The notes under the pieces are model-generated. The model made no database searches. It saw only the letters and a list, made by a program, of their open reading frames with translations, and had not been told where the DNA came from. A stretch of 63,235 nucleotides of DNA, the filler included, from Platydemus manokwari (lineage: Eukaryota): NCBI GenBank assembly GCA_037951405.1. It is 6 parts of 6 records of this genome, joined end to end, with 100 filler letters (N's around TTAATTAATTAA, not from the genome) between each part and the next. Parts side by side here need not be neighbours in the genome. Positions count along the whole stretch, not along the records: positions 33,577 to 42,879 come from JBBMOY011268873.1; positions 42,980 to 54,364 come from JBBMOY010713317.1; 4 more parts are not named here. The stretch is one strand, 5' to 3'. The position numbers were made by a program, and so were the translations under genes. Positions 39,321-54,364 of the stretch are shown here, in pieces; within the stretch, counting starts at the first letter, position 1, and every line of letters begins with the position of its first letter.

Positions 39321-42300
39321 ATGAAAAAACATAATAAATATAGAAATACAAATTATAAAAACTCAGATTTTCTTTTAAAAACATTCTAAATGTTAAACAC
39401 AAAGCTATAGCATAAGCATACGGCACGATATTCATTTCACAACTATATCTCTTTGGTCTTCGACTACATTAATTTTAAAGTCCACAGCTCACTGAATCGA
39501 ATTAGTATCGTTATCAAAGGCATCATGGAGGTATTAAAACACAGTAACATCTTGATCATTATTTTATCCTAACAAGTTGAACAATTGATTGGAAATTTTT
39601 ATGATTTATTTAATTTATGTTTTATTGTTCATTTGATAACTAAATATGAGATTCTGTCTTTATTGATTAAATGCCAGTGGTGCTCAGTAGGTGGGCGATA
39701 TTAGTGGCAATGTTTATCTCTAGCATTTGGAACACGGATAGCACGTTTTTAATTTTATTGTGTTTAACAATCTATTAATAAACTATTTAATATGCGATAA
39801 AGCCTTATTATTGGTATTTGTTTTGTTTTAATTGTTTCATCTTTATACGTTCGAAATTAAAGCAATTTATTGATTTAATCATATTGTTAATTAAAAATAC
39901 TTAAATATTAAGTAGGACAATATTTAATTTATTTGACGTATCATTTCTGAGGTACACTATGCAATCATCTGATAACTAAAACTATAATCGGAGTCAATTT
40001 CTTTAGCATCTTATAGTTTAAAAACAGTCCTGTTGAATTGATTTTCTCTTACGATAACCATTTTCTTTTATGGTTTATCATCTTCTGGTATTCCATCAAT
40101 AAGCATTAAAACTCATTAGAAATTCAACACATTAAAGTATATTTGACTAAGATATTCAAAAAATAATCTATAATAATTACATTCTACCTTTCCACTTTCT
40201 TTAAAATAATTTATTTAAAAGCCTTGTTATTGAATTATATATATATTCATTATCATCTATTTTCTGTGTATCTTTTATCTTCTCTATATTTTCGGCTAAC
40301 AATTAACTTTTAAAATACTGAGAAATGTGGTATCGACGATGTTTTTAATAGTGTGACCATTTATTATAAGTGCTTAATTCCCTAAATCAAAATTAGCACT
40401 GGTATAAAAAGACTATACTGTGTAATTTCTTTGCTATATAGTGTGTGTTGGTTATCAATTATTTCTTTAATGCAGAATATCCTTAATTATGTTAATTGTT
40501 ACTAGTAGCTACCTCATTTTGATATTGAAAATCGTTAGAATTGGTCATTGAGAAGTTTTTTGAAATATTTATTGTTAAAAACATATTTTTCAAATGAATT
40601 AAAATATTTTCAAGAGAGTTTCATTAATTGGCCAGTCGCTGTCACGAATATAAATATTAAAATATCTAAAAATAAAAATATAAATTATTCAAAAATTATT
40701 TCACAATAAATTTTCAAATAATCCATTAAAAATTTTAGTTTATAAGACATGAAAAATTAAAACATTTTTTTAATAATTCAGTTTTAAAATTATTTAAATT
40801 TGTTTCTTTTACATTTTTAATTTGCTTCAAATTGATTATTAGCTTCTCCTACCACCCGTTGGATAAGACAAATATATTTAATTTATCAAAGTCTCACACG
40901 CTTTAAAGAAGTATCTTGAAATATAAAGAAAACTGTTAAAAATATTAAACTTTTCAATGAGATAAACATTTAGTGATCGTGAATATCAGCAAATTAATTT
41001 GAATAAATATATAAGTTATAAAATCGAAACAAAAAACAATGAGATCTAAAGTATTATTCATTTTCAGTTTCGGCAACAACTGAAGTGAGACTTCCCCCAC
41101 AAACTATTTCAAATCATTCTAAGAATATTCTGGAATATTTTAAAATTCTTACAATAAGATAATCTTATAATTAGAAAAGTAGAAGATCATCATCATATTG
41201 CAGCACAGACGATTTTTCCAATTTCAATTCTCAATTTACGAATTGTAAGTCTGCTGTCAATATGAAAATTGAAATACATTTTCATGATAACTATAAATCA
41301 AAAGTATTAAATTTTATAAGAAAAAATAACTCTTTAGTTAGAAAGTAAAAGTGATCAGTTATCTTTGGATTTTAACTTGTCTTTCAAATAAAAGTATTTA
41401 TGAAAAGTTTTAATGTTTTATTTAATTTTGGTATTAATTTTGATTTTGTTTAAAAATATGAAACCTATGTAAGGTTAAATTTTATGAATTTTAAAATAAA
41501 ATAATATTATTTAAGTTATCAAAATTTAATAAACTGATACCAAGTTGACAAGAGTGTTTTCAAATTATTGTGATAATTCAAATTATATCAGCAACCTGTC
41601 ATATTAATATTCGGAATCAAAGTTGAGTGAATTGGCTCTCATAATTGAAAAAATTTAAATTATTTGATACTTATGAATGACTAAATGAATATATTGAGTA
41701 TCGTAAAAGTAAAGTGCCAAACTTAAATGAATATATAGATAAAATATACAGATTAAAAAACAAAAATGGTCTCTATAAACAAGAAGTTTCTTTCAAAGAA
41801 TTCATAGTAATTAAATTATCTAAAATTCATTTCTTTAGAACTGTCTTTTCTTAAAATAACATTTTTCAATTCATCATAGTCCAACTAGAAGTAAGATTAT
41901 GAGTCGGAGTTTCAGTTAACTATTTTCTTAACCGACTCCACAAAACTTTTGTAAACATTGATTATTTGATTCACGATTATCTGACAGTTTTAACATTCGA
42001 TCGAAAAAATAACCCACCGATCAGTTGGGTAGAATAAAACTGATTTTAATCTTATAACCAATCTAGGTTTATTATTAAGTGATTTTTAAAAATGAAAAAA
42101 TTAAAAATAATTTTTAAAAAGAAAAACAATTTTGAATTGATTTTAACAATCTTCCCGTAAAATCATCAAACACATCTGAAATGAAATAAAAACAAATGAT
42201 CAAGATAAATGAATTCTTGTGAGAACATAATCTTTTTTGATTGAATGTTGTTTAACGAGAGTTTTATGTTTCGTTCATAATAATCATCCATGCCCAGGAA

Positions 42301-42879
42301 CGACGGGAAAAATATAGTTTTGAAGAAATATTTCTTCTTCTAAATTTAGATGAGTAGAATGGAAAATATTAAAGAATATTTCAGAGTAATAATCCAATTA
42401 AATAATAAAGCTAGATTCAATCAAACACGAATTCCATCATCATTAAATAAGTGTCATGAATTTTGATTGGTCTGCTCTTTCTAATAATAGACGAATAAGT
42501 ATTCAATTGTAGTAGTTTTCTTTTGTGAAATCGTACTGCAGAATAAGATATTGGAATTAATTCATACGAGTGAGTTGGTTTGGCGTATTTGTTTTTTGTC
42601 TTTTCTGATTTTTTCCTTCGTGAATTATTTTCATTTGGGTTTTGATTTTTCTAGAAACATTGTCCAGCAATCAATGAATCTTAGTGATCAATATATTCAA
42701 TTGTTGCACAGTGTAATCGCATGCAACAATCAACATCAGAATATTTCCAGAGATTATAGAGGTTTGATTATATATTTTTAATAGATTGACGAACAATCTT
42801 CAAATATTTATAGGGATGGTAATGCTATTGAAATGACAGAAATCACATTGATATATATATATATATATATATATAATAC

Positions 42880-42979
42880 NNNNNNNNNNNNNNNNNNNNN
42901 NNNNNNNNNNNNNNNNNNNNNNNTTAATTAATTAANNNNNNNNNNNNNNNNNNNNNNNNNNNNNNNNNNNNNNNNNNNN
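42880..42979. other. Scaffold gap with TTAATTAATTAA linker, preceded by (AT)n
   Basis: 44N + linker + 44N. Confidence 0.97.
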
Positions 42980-43168
42980 CAAATAATTAAATGAATAATA
43001 AATATAATCTAAGCATATATATATGTATATCAATAATTACACTAATAATGTGATTTGAACTATATCGCCTTAATATCTATGGCATAATGTTTAAAAATTA
43101 TAAATGCTTTACCGTAAATATTTAATAAAATTGATTATATTTATAATCAATTGATAGTATTTATTTAG

Positions 43169-46100
43169 ATTTTCATTCCTATTTCAAAAAAATTCCAACT
43201 AGCCAGAATTTAAAATCAAATCAAAAGTTAGTCCTTTATTGTATTCCACCAGAAGCCAAACCAACTGCTTTTGTAAGATTTGGTTTTTAATCAATATTTT
43301 TATGTTTTTCATTGATTGTATCTTAAATATTTTTTTTAACTTAAATTATTGTGATAATTATTCATTATTATCCGTATTATTTATTTAAAACTCATAATAT
43401 TATAACATGCGATAATAACAAAAATAACAACAATTATTATTATCAGTAATCACTTTCTAAAGGTTTCTCTCAAAAAAATATGAATATACCATATTTTCAC
43501 AACTATAAGTCACCTGATTATATTGGCTGCTTTTGAAAATTTACATGTATATGCTGTATTATTATATTCTTTTACATTTTTACCGATTGATTTAAATTCA
43601 GCACTGATATGCCTATTATGATAACTGTAACAAATACGATTTTAATTGCTACGTGTTTATGATATTCATATTTAATTAAATGATATTTGAATTTATATTT
43701 CAATTATTTATAATCGTGATTTCATTAAATATTAAAATTATAAACGAATTCATACAAATAACAATTACATCATTCATCGAAGAATCCTTGAAATGATTAT
43801 TTTCGGGCTTGAATTATGATAACGAATAATCACATTTTTTGAGATTTAAATTTCCAATTTATCTAAAAACCAGAAATCATTTTGACGTGAATGTGTAAAT
43901 TAAACCAGAAATCTTTGTTCTTTTGCAGATAAAGTGATTATCCAATAAATATAATTATATTTAACTAAATACTCTATGACAACATTTGTTTTGATTTATT
44001 GAGATTTTACAATGTTTTCGAAAATAATTTTGTAATAAAATTAACAGTGTGTGTTTGCTAAGACAATTGGTGGAAGGAATTCCACCTTTGAGTTAGCACT
44101 TGCGATTTAAATTTTTTTCAAATACGAAAGGAACAATAGTCAAATTGAATGATTGAAATAACAGGAAACAATCATTTGACTTTGACATAATTAATTAATT
44201 AATAAATAAATAAATTAATAATTTGTAACAATTATAGGTAATTTGGTTGAAAAATGAGAAGATAATCAATGAAGCTAATTTTCCACATATCAAAATAAAG
44301 GATGATTCTACATTGATTATTGATAAAGTCAGCCATTCTGATCAAGGTCGATATTGCTGTAATGCAAAAAGCTTGGATGTCGTTCGAAGATCTCCTTGTG
44401 CAGATGTCAATATTATCGGTAAATGACTTTCAAGTATAAATTTTATTAAAATAAAAAAATATTGCCAACTTCAACATTATTGCGGATATTTTGTCGAATT
44501 ATCTTCAATGTTACCCTCATTTTTATATGTTACCATGGGCTTCTTAATAATATTATTATTGATAAATATTAAGTAAAAGTGTATATTTCAATCAACATCG
44601 AGTTTGTGTTGGGAAACACAAAACTTAAAAAATAATTAAATAAATAACTTTTTCAGCTCGAAATATATTTAGATAGTTTTCAATAAATTGTTTTTTTATA
44701 AAAATACTGTTTAGTATACCATTTAAACAATAATATATCGACATAAATATTATTATTGCGGTTATTAACAATGTTCTGATCATTCATAATGAATATTTTA
44801 AATAAAAGAAAAATGAAAAACTATACTGGCGAAATTTTATTCACAAATGCAAAGGGTACTTGTTCTTTATCCTGATGTAATTTTGAATATTTTTTATTAA
44901 GTAGTGTGTGCTGTAGGAATAACGTAACAACTAAAGCAAACAACAATTATTTGTTTCTAAAATAGAATAATAAATATTAAAAAGTAGAAGATTTAAATTC
45001 TTAAAATTAAATAAAAATAAATAAAAATACTAAAAATAGAGTATGATAAAATAAACGTTAACAATAAAGAACTATGATTGGGCATTGAAATGAATTACAT
45101 GCATGACTATGTTGACGAACAAAGGTAGCGTCAGACAGGAGAAGAAAATAAATACTAAAATGCAGTAGTTTTGGATGAGAGAACTATAAAAAGAAGATCG
45201 CAGCGAACAACGTGTCATAATATTAAACAAAACTTATGCAAAAAGAAATTTTTATTGCCACAAATTGCCATAAGCACATCTGTGTCACTAAACTCGTAGT
45301 TAAATTTATCGAATGTTTAATGCGAGATATTGTCACAAGATATCAAGTTTATGTATTGTTTTTCAAATTATTATTCAATTGTAAAAAGGACGAAGATCAA
45401 ACCTCTATATAGTAAATTTTATTCAACATAACTTATCTAAATAATTAGTTCTGCGTTCAGTGCTATTAATTTAAACAAAATTCTTCACTTTATTTCATTA
45501 TTATCTTTGCCACTGTTCAGTGATTCTAAGCTTTCTAGTTTAGTTATTGAATGTACCTTCGCTAGCTATGCCTGGTAAACATCGAATGAAGTGTACAAGC
45601 GATAAATAATGATTGTAAGCAGTCTTAATCATTAATAAACACTATTTTAATCAATTGTTATTACTTCATTTATTTGAACCATACTTGTTCATAAAATAAA
45701 ATATTTAATATTACTCTCGAACAGCTTATACTTTCAATCTTTGGATTCAGAAAGTAGATTATAAATACCAAAATTTTAAAGAAGTTTCAATTTTCTTAGC
45801 CATTGCTTGAAAATATGTTCGATTTGTAGATGTTTATTTCCAACACCTTAACAATAATTTTCTATTAAATCAATAGTAGTTTATTGTCTGTGTCCAAATC
45901 AAATTTAATATGTTCTTATAGAGTAACCATAAATTAATGACCAAATTTTGAATATCGTGTATAAAACAACATGAATACCCATGTCACAAATTTAGTTTTA
46001 ATCATGTGATGGATATTAATGGTATCAATGCAGTAGGAAAACAGGATATGATTTGATTGGAAAGGTATTTCAAGAAATTATAAATCAATTTCAAAAAGAA

Positions 46101-49100
46101 AATATTTGACAATCTTTGTTGTGTCAAATATTTACCAATTGGAGACAATTTAACCGCCAAATTAATTTTTTTCCAATTATTTACATTGAAATTTCATAAA
46201 TATAATTTGACGCATGTTATAGATGGATTTTCTGGAATAAATCTTTGGATAGCATTTGAATATTTTATAAATGAAAATATGAACAATATATTCGAGTTTA
46301 TTCAAAATCAACCCATAAGTTTGTCTAATTGAGTCTTGAGGTGTTAGAAGAACCTTTGAATAAGAATTTAAGACTAAGTCTGAGCTCAATCTTATCTCAG
46401 TTGAATTACAGTTTTATTCATTATATAAAGAGAGCTCCAATTGGTACAGGAAGAACTATTTTAATAAATACATTTTTTAAAACTTTATTTATAAGTGGGC
46501 ATGCAATTCCTCGAAATTTTATATAAAAATATACAAATCTCGATTTGTAATTATATGGGAGTACTTTGTGATTTTCTTTCATGATGGTTAATTTAATTTA
46601 ATTTGATTGGCTTTATTTTGTATTTTTTATTTTACATGAAATCTTTTTACCGACTAATCGGATGAATTTTTTCGTAATATTAATAATAACTTAAATTATT
46701 TCAATTTCATAACACAGTCAATCTCATTATTAGATTGTTTTGGTTCTTTAATGAATTATTATTCAGGTTGTGGATAATTAATGTTGGTCAATTTATAAAT
46801 AAATCTTTAGAGGAATATCTTTGAAATGAGTGTTGCTTAAGGTCAACGAATATTTACAAAGTTTCAATTTAAAATACTTAAGAAATTTATTTGTGATTCT
46901 CAACCTAAATAATCCTGATGAGAAAAAAGACACAACGAGGCTATATTTTTCATTTGTTTTTTGGTTGAAAATTTAAATTTATAATTAAATTTATTTATTT
47001 TGGAATATATTTATTGATTAAAACAATCATTTGACCTCACAACATTTCCAGTTAATTAATTTAATATATTTCTTTAATAATTTCAAATAGCATTGGTTTA
47101 TAATTGATCTTCGGTTATCTAGAGAATCATTACCACCACCGATCTATTTAAAATCAAATAAATATTTCAATAATGGTTCAAAACTGTCTCTTTATAAATT
47201 AAAAACTACTTCTATTGAGCTAAAAATGAATATTAAAGTTTAATCCAGTAGTTGGGGTTGACTAATATTCCTTTATTCAATATCAATGCTCATACATTGG
47301 TCATTTATTTATTTACTAATTATTTATTTAGATTAATATCTATACTAGTTAAATGACAACGATTAAAATTTCCTTTTTAAAATGTTAATTAATAAATAAT
47401 TTAATAATTTAATAAATTTGATTAAGTTAAGCAGGTTTAATTAATGTAAAAATATTATATAAAATTTACAAAACATCTGATTATAATTTATGGAAACATA
47501 TAAAGATAGATTAGCTAGTTTAGTTTCTTTATGTTTGGTTTATGTGCAGGAATTGTGATTTGAAATAAAAAATCCCATGTGGGAGAATAAAATAGATGTG
47601 AGTTCGACTCCTTTAGTAACTGAATATTGAAATAATGGTTCTGATCAAACATCCAATATTCATAAATAGAAGACGAAATAGAGCAAGAGAAATGGCTCAA
47701 TCAGGACAAACGAGATAACCCTTACATGACATGCTACATTCTAGTTTCAGATTCATCAAAATGATTTGTTTATTAGATTTCGGTTTTGAATGATTTTATA
47801 AGTTATTAAATAATTTCAAATTGTTGTCAAACAAATTATATTAATATCAATTTTTATTCTTAAAATAAATGACAGGATTTAAGCCAAGTTAAAATATAAT
47901 ATTGTATGATTTTATATATAATTAAATGTTTGGAAGAAAATTATGAGTGTAATAATATCCACGTCACACAATATGTTTGAGTTTCCAATGATTCACAAAG
48001 TTAGAAATACATGGCAATAATTTGTTTCAGGACTTATTCCATTGGAATTGTCTTGGTCTCAGAGATATCTAATATAGAATAAGATAAAATATTTATTGTT
48101 AATTAATAAATTATTTGAGTACATATTTCAATTTGCTTAACCACTTTGCAAATCGGAGTTAATTACGACGATTTTCAAAATATTATATTTTATAAAATCA
48201 TTCATTTTCAATGATATGCTTTCCTACAATTAAAAGTTAAGATTTCTAGAGAGGAGGTTAGCTTTAATAAGTTATAAAGGCTATTTTTAAATATAGTCAA
48301 TATGGGATTTTAGCAACATTGGTAAATGTATTCGACCCTAATCTCTATCCATGAAATTAAATACAGTTTTATTGGCAATTAGCGTACTTACTGTGTAATC
48401 CTATTTAGAAGCAAAGTCAGATCATTATGAATTGATTTTATGTATTGTGTAGGATCATGTGTAATAATGTTGGGTTAATCTGTTGGAGATGGAATATACT
48501 GGTTGCTCCGAAATAAAAGTTGCATCTTATATTGAAATCCCTAACATAACATCTTATAAATCAAATAATAGTATTCTGTGTTAACCTGTATGGATGATGA
48601 GTCTCATACTTTTTACTGAAAAAATATTAAATTATTTTTCTTTAAACATTCAGTTTCTAAGATTACAGAGGATTATTAAAACAAATCTAAAAAATCTGAT
48701 CATATGATTGAGTTACTGTGATTATTGATAGAATTTTGAATCAATATAATACAATAATAATCACACATTGTTCATAAAGGATTAAGATTTATTGTTAGAT
48801 GTTTTTATTTTTCTTTTTAAAATATTTAAAAATTTAATAACGCAATCATAAAACTGAATTATTTCAAAATTTCAAATTCCATTCATCCAATCTCGAGTAA
48901 TTTTCCAATAAATTTATTTTCAAAATTAATGTATGATTTGTCGTTCAAAAATTTCTAATCTTTAGTAATCTTTGACAAATATAAAATTGATAAATTTATT
49001 TTCCGTTAGCCAAAACTGAAGACTAATTAGAAATTCTGTTATCAATACTTCTTATGAAACTCGAACAAAATAAATGTGATGGAAATAATATTTGATGTAA

Positions 49101-52100
49101 AAAGATTCTGGAAAAGTATTATCAGTTGAAATTTTAATTGAAATTTTAATTGAAAAACAAATAAAAATTCCCATGCTTTAGAAAAGAATTTTGTTAACAT
49201 AAAAACGTTTCATTGTGGCACTTGAATTTGTTTGAAAATTGACAAAAATAAATAAATTAAAAATTATTTCCTTTTAATGGTTTTATTTGAATGTTATTAG
49301 AATAAAATTTGCGATGAAATCTAAATTTCATCTCAGAGAATACTCTTGGCCCAAAGGAGAGAAACCACATATCTAAATTTAAGTTATCATGCACCTGATT
49401 TCACAGAATGTCGTTTTTGGAACCAGTTTAACATATTATCTGTATGAATCTGATCTATTTGCGAATCGTCTACTTACTGAAATGGTCAGTAATACGATTT
49501 ATAAACTCCTTAAGTTTTACAGTGTAGACATTGATTTCAAATAATTGGATTTGTTTAGTCAACGGTGAAGAAATCCATCTGATTACTAACTATTTAACTA
49601 TGTTCTTAAATCAATTTAATTTCGTAATTGTGAATATTTTAACGCTTTGATAAATAATTTATAAAAACAGTCTAGTTTTGTCACAATTATAAACGTTTCC
49701 ATCTTCATATTCTTCTAACCTTTCCATTTACAATTCATTAAAATTAAGAATTTGCCTTTCATCTACGGTTTTAGATTCTCAAATAATTCTTTTCAATGAT
49801 ATCACATGCCTGGAAAGAAAAGGATTAAGCGAGCCATTCGATGGTTTAAAATCATGAATTCCTAATGAATTTACTAATTCTAATGCTTTTTGTTGTATTA
49901 TATCACTGACACACATTGAACACGGTTGACTGTAATCAAATTAAATAAAATATATAAAAATTCAGAAAATTTCTTTCAATAATTCGATTAAATATACTTT
50001 TTTGAGTGACTTTCTCAATTTTGTTTTCAATTCACATTTATTGAGATAGTAGCAGTTAACAAAAACCACGATTAAAAATCCGATCTGGTAATATTGCATA
50101 ATATGATCAATATTGAGAATAATCCACTGAAGTCAGAGAGTTGGTTTTATTTTTATTAACAGTTTTGAAATGAAATTTGGAAATAAAAAAATACATAAAA
50201 TTGTCAGAATATGTGAAGTGCAAATGCCACTTTTAGCTTATTTTCAGGTTTTTTCAAAATTTAATAACCCATCACTATTGCCATAAATATGTTGACATGG
50301 AAACAAACCTCAATTCAAATACCTTAATGTAAAGTGGCAGTAAAGTTAATTACATTGGACTTAAATTCGAATAGTCAACTGAGCTAGTTGCAGAATATTA
50401 TTAAAATAGCTGAAACGATTTTGAGGGATGAGGGATTACCTATTGTAATTAACAATGGTTCAATTAGCAAACCCATATAACACTTATAACTACAATAATC
50501 GTAATTATTCTTCTAATATTTGATAGTTAATTATTTTGTTTGTAAAATTGAAAAAATTATTTTATGATAATGTTTACAATGATGGAATCAGAAACATAAA
50601 TAGATGTCAAATGCTTAAACAAATCAATAAAATCACTGATCAAATCCTGACATTCGATGTTTCAAAATATGAGTATTTAACCATCACTGTATTTTAATTT
50701 CTGTAAAAAATGGAATAACAATAATATTTAGATTATTTTATCAAGAAACGGAAAGACTGAACACCTTGGATTTTATCTCATCATTGAATTCATCATTCAA
50801 CTTAATCATTTCGTTATAATAAAATTTCCGTAGGTGCAACTGATAATCATTATGAGCTTATAATGGAATGATTTAAAATGATTCTAAAGCAGCAGAAATA
50901 TTGTTTTAATGAGATATTTTGTGAATTATCGATTTATGTTAAATATAAAAATCATTGTTTATATTTCATTTAATATTTTAATACATTTTTACACTTATTT
51001 GTGTTGAATTGGCTAATAATTCACCCGAAAAAAATCAAAAAAGACTTGTTAAGAATTTATTTCAAATTTTATTTTTAAAATAAAATTTTTATCCAGGGTT
51101 GATTAAATGAAAAAAACATCCATTTGTTGAGCTAATCGTACGAGATCATAATGAGAGATATTTTTCATGATTTAGATTCGTTAAAATGGAGCAGTTGGAC
51201 ATTTTGTGACAATCAATGCCTTTCATATCGTACAAGAGGCTGTCAAATTAATCAATGTCAACTTCCAAATATTCAGTACAGAAACTGCTCGTCATACACC
51301 TGTTGGAGTACGGGTAAAATGAAATTTGTATTTTATTTTCAAATGTTACAATTCAGTCTAAACAAACAATGAATAATAGTTGCTTTCAAATATTTCAATA
51401 ATTATTTTTATTGAAAAATATCAGAGTAATTTTTAAATATCCGAAATCTTATATTCATTGAAACCGAACACGTTTTGAGTAAAATCTAATTTTAATGGTT
51501 TAATATTCATTCGAGTATCTGAATAATTGTAACGCTTGCAAACAAGTATTTGTGAGTTAAGGTTTGTGATGAATCATATTATTAAAACAAATACCAATGT
51601 ATGTTACTTATAATTTGTATTTTTCTTGTATCAAGAAATGTTTTACTAATAATTGATTATTTTATGAAATTAAAATTTCCCAAGAAAAATTTATAAATTC
51701 TTAGCCTAAGTATTTAAAATACACATTGTTCGGCATTTCGTAGTTGCATTTTGTTAATAAATTTTGCAAAATTTTTAACAAAAATTCATTCTTATAAACT
51801 ACAATATGGCAATGAAATTAAAAGCTTTTATCAAAATTTGAATTTGAAAATAATAAAATAACAGAGTTATTTAGATAATTTATAAAAATCGATTAGTTTT
51901 ATTTTAATACGAATTGATGTACATAAATAGAAATGTTTAGTTTTTAATCAAATACAGTCAAATAGATTTGTTAAACCACAACAAGTGATCATTTCCTATC
52001 GATAAGTCATAATGAAGTTGTTTGAATTGATTGAAGGTTCAAAAACATCAGTGTAGAAATTTTGGAACGATGAAATAAAATATCCTATCAGATACTGGTT

Positions 52101-52635
52101 AGCTGCCTACCAAAAGACTGTCGGTTCAAGACTCATTCGATAAATCACCATTACCCCTACAATACTCATTAAAAAGAAGAAAAATTATCACTATTATGAT
52201 TATTATACAAAGTAATAAAAATATGAAGATATATTGGCGACTGAGTAATACAATATATTTGATGTATTCTACTGATATTAAAACGAAATTGAAAATTGAA
52301 TAGAAATGAAAATGAAAATTCTAAGCAATACAAAGTGATTAATTTTCATCAAATCGGTAAAAAAGAATTTTCTTTGAAAAATTAATTTTCTTTATCGACT
52401 TAAATAAATAAAAAATTTACAAAAATTTCAAACCGGACTTTTTATATTCATCAATATCATTGAAAAATGAATTGTTGTTAAGGTAATTTCGTTGATCAAT
52501 TTGAGAATATTATCTATGTTGCTCTATCAATACTGGTTTCAATTCTCTTTATCATTTTTATCATTGGCATTTTCGGTTTTCGTCGAAGACGGTTACTCAA
52601 AAAACAAAGGGAAAATAAAAACACAAAACCACCAA
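43169..52635 (+). CDS. unc-5: UNC5-type netrin receptor, partial (Ig2, TSP1 and transmembrane exons)
   Basis: Phase-compatible GT-AG exons: 43169-43272 (FKKIPTSQNL...LVLYCIPPEAKPTAF), 44238-44418 (VIWLKNE...STLIIDKV...DQGRYCCNAKSLDVVRRS), 51176-51313 (WSSWTFCDNQCLSYRTRGC...RNCSSYTC), 52483-52635 (IIYVALSILVSILFIIFIIGIFGF then RRRR). The Ig-TSP1-TM order and the CxPPE and RRS motifs fit UNC5. The 5' and 3' exons were not resolved. Confidence 0.8.
49380..49930 (-). mobile_element. Second, older Tigger/pogo transposase remnant, in an UNC5 intron
   Basis: DIIQQKALELVNSLGIHDFKPSNGSLNPFLSRH...ESKTVD...YEDGNVYNCDKTRLF, i.e. the CENP-B HTH and the first DDE_1 aspartate region. Confidence 0.7.
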
Positions 52636-53445
52636 GTAAGCTGTTTGTTGATTTTTATTAAATTGTACATATTTCCCAGCTGATTATTATCGAATTATTA
52701 ATTGGATTTATGAAAAATATTGATTTTTAAAATTTCAAAATCAAAATTTTGCTCTAACCAATTTTTTTCAGAAAAAAATTGATTTTTAGAGCTTCTATTA
52801 GCGATAAAGACTAATTACGAAAAAAACTATAAATAGTAATAATATAAGTATTTAGTAATGAAAAGTAGTTGTTTATTAACTGGTTGAAAATTATAGGAAA
52901 TCAAATACGAGAATGTTTTCTACAATTTCCAATTTTGGAAATAACTACCATTTATTGATTAAAAATATTTATCACTACAATTTAAACAACAAAATATATG
53001 GTTATTTTTAATGGAATGATTTTCAACCTTTTCATGGACATGGAAGCCTTTACAAACATCCAGTCTGTCTTATAATTTCTGTGATGATTTATTTTTGAAA
53101 AAATACATAAAATAATTAACAGGTAGGTTTGAAAAAATTCAAGAGCTCTTAAGCAATAAAGAAAACATGTATTTAACATTAAAACAAACTAAGTTAAATA
53201 TTAATAAAATATGAAAAATATTCTTTTATGCCTTGTAATAAAAATTTCTGAATTTTCACCAATTTAAAATTGTCTTTTGTATGAATATAGGAACAGGAGT
53301 TTAATTAGGTGTTAACTGATTATTTATTTTTAATAGAATAATGAATCTAAAATTATTTTTTTGATAGTCATTTCACACAATATTTTCGTTTGTGACAAGC
53401 ATTATTGAGCAGAAATAATCTCATAATGAATTATTATGTCATTAT

Positions 53446-54245
53446 TTTATATATTTCATCATCATTATTTTCAAATATTTTTCGGAAACTTTGTAAATGT
53501 ATCAATCTCTTTTTTTCCTATTACTCTTTGAACTCTCGGAATTCAATCGACATCACAAAGAAGTGGTGTAGATGGGATTAATAATGAATCATTTCATCAA
53601 ATATCCGAGGTAGGCGGAAATCTACTTTACGAATTGATACAAATTATTTATAATTTCTATTTTCAATATTTTTTATGATAAATTCATTATTTCAATTATT
53701 TATGAAAATAATATCGACTTATCGACTATATTTGTATGCAACGAACACAAATAGGTGCTGATTCAAAGCATCGTTCATATGTAAAGATTAGGAAGTGATT
53801 CAATTATTAATGGTCGAATTCATTATTCATTATGATTTGATAATCGTACGTTAATAATTTAACAAATCTCATCTGACAATCTCAGGCTCAGCGATAGCAT
53901 CGATTGTAAAGAATAATTTCCTTGAAAAAATAAAATAAATCCCTCATTCATAAGTGTCAGTCAACTAAATTCAACTTGTGATATAAAATTTTCGATTAGT
54001 GTTTAGAAGGAATTATCATTCTCAATAAAATTTAAAATGTCTGAGTGAACTAAATCGTATTCAGCGAAATAAGATTATGAATTATATTTCACGCCATCAT
54101 TCTCTAATACAATCAATCGATTACTGATGAATCCTAGATGGATGTTAATTCTGTCAGTATTATTGTTATTTTCTTGATAAATTGTCTTTGAATTTTAATA
54201 AATCCTTCATCATTTGTTACAGATTCCAAATTTCGGTCTATCCTT
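53446..54245 (-). pseudogene. Second decayed intronless ORF, apparently related to 37681-39320
   Basis: Mostly one frame with scattered stops: VTNDEGFIK...INIHLGFISNRL...DLVHSDILNFIENDNS...LRLSDEIC...ISAYLGYLMK*FIINP...CRLN. Similarity to the other copy is judged by eye. Confidence 0.4.
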
Positions 54246-54364
54246 TCGAATAAGTAATGCAAAATAATATTTTATAAAATTGCGAACAATGTTTTTGCAA
54301 CGTATTTTAAAAATAGCATATAATTTAGAAAATAACTGATTTATTAATTTGATAGTTATGAAAA

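Noticed and set aside
41068-42850. Candidate UNC5 signal-peptide or Ig1 exons with plausible splice sites at about 41068-41244 and about 42655-42818
   Set aside because: No open, phase-consistent model with convincing Ig1 similarity; the adjacent gap may hold the real exons.
45050-48700. Possible hAT transposase (about 45100-45700) and Gypsy RT (about 48250-48550) traces on the minus strand
   Set aside because: Only vague motif resemblance; not supportable as features.
37681-54245. Stop-codon reassignment as an explanation for long frames with scattered stops
   Set aside because: ALG8, the HBS1-like gene, UNC5 and LRRK exons have no internal stops, the complete genes end in TAA, and the decayed tracts also contain frameshifts.
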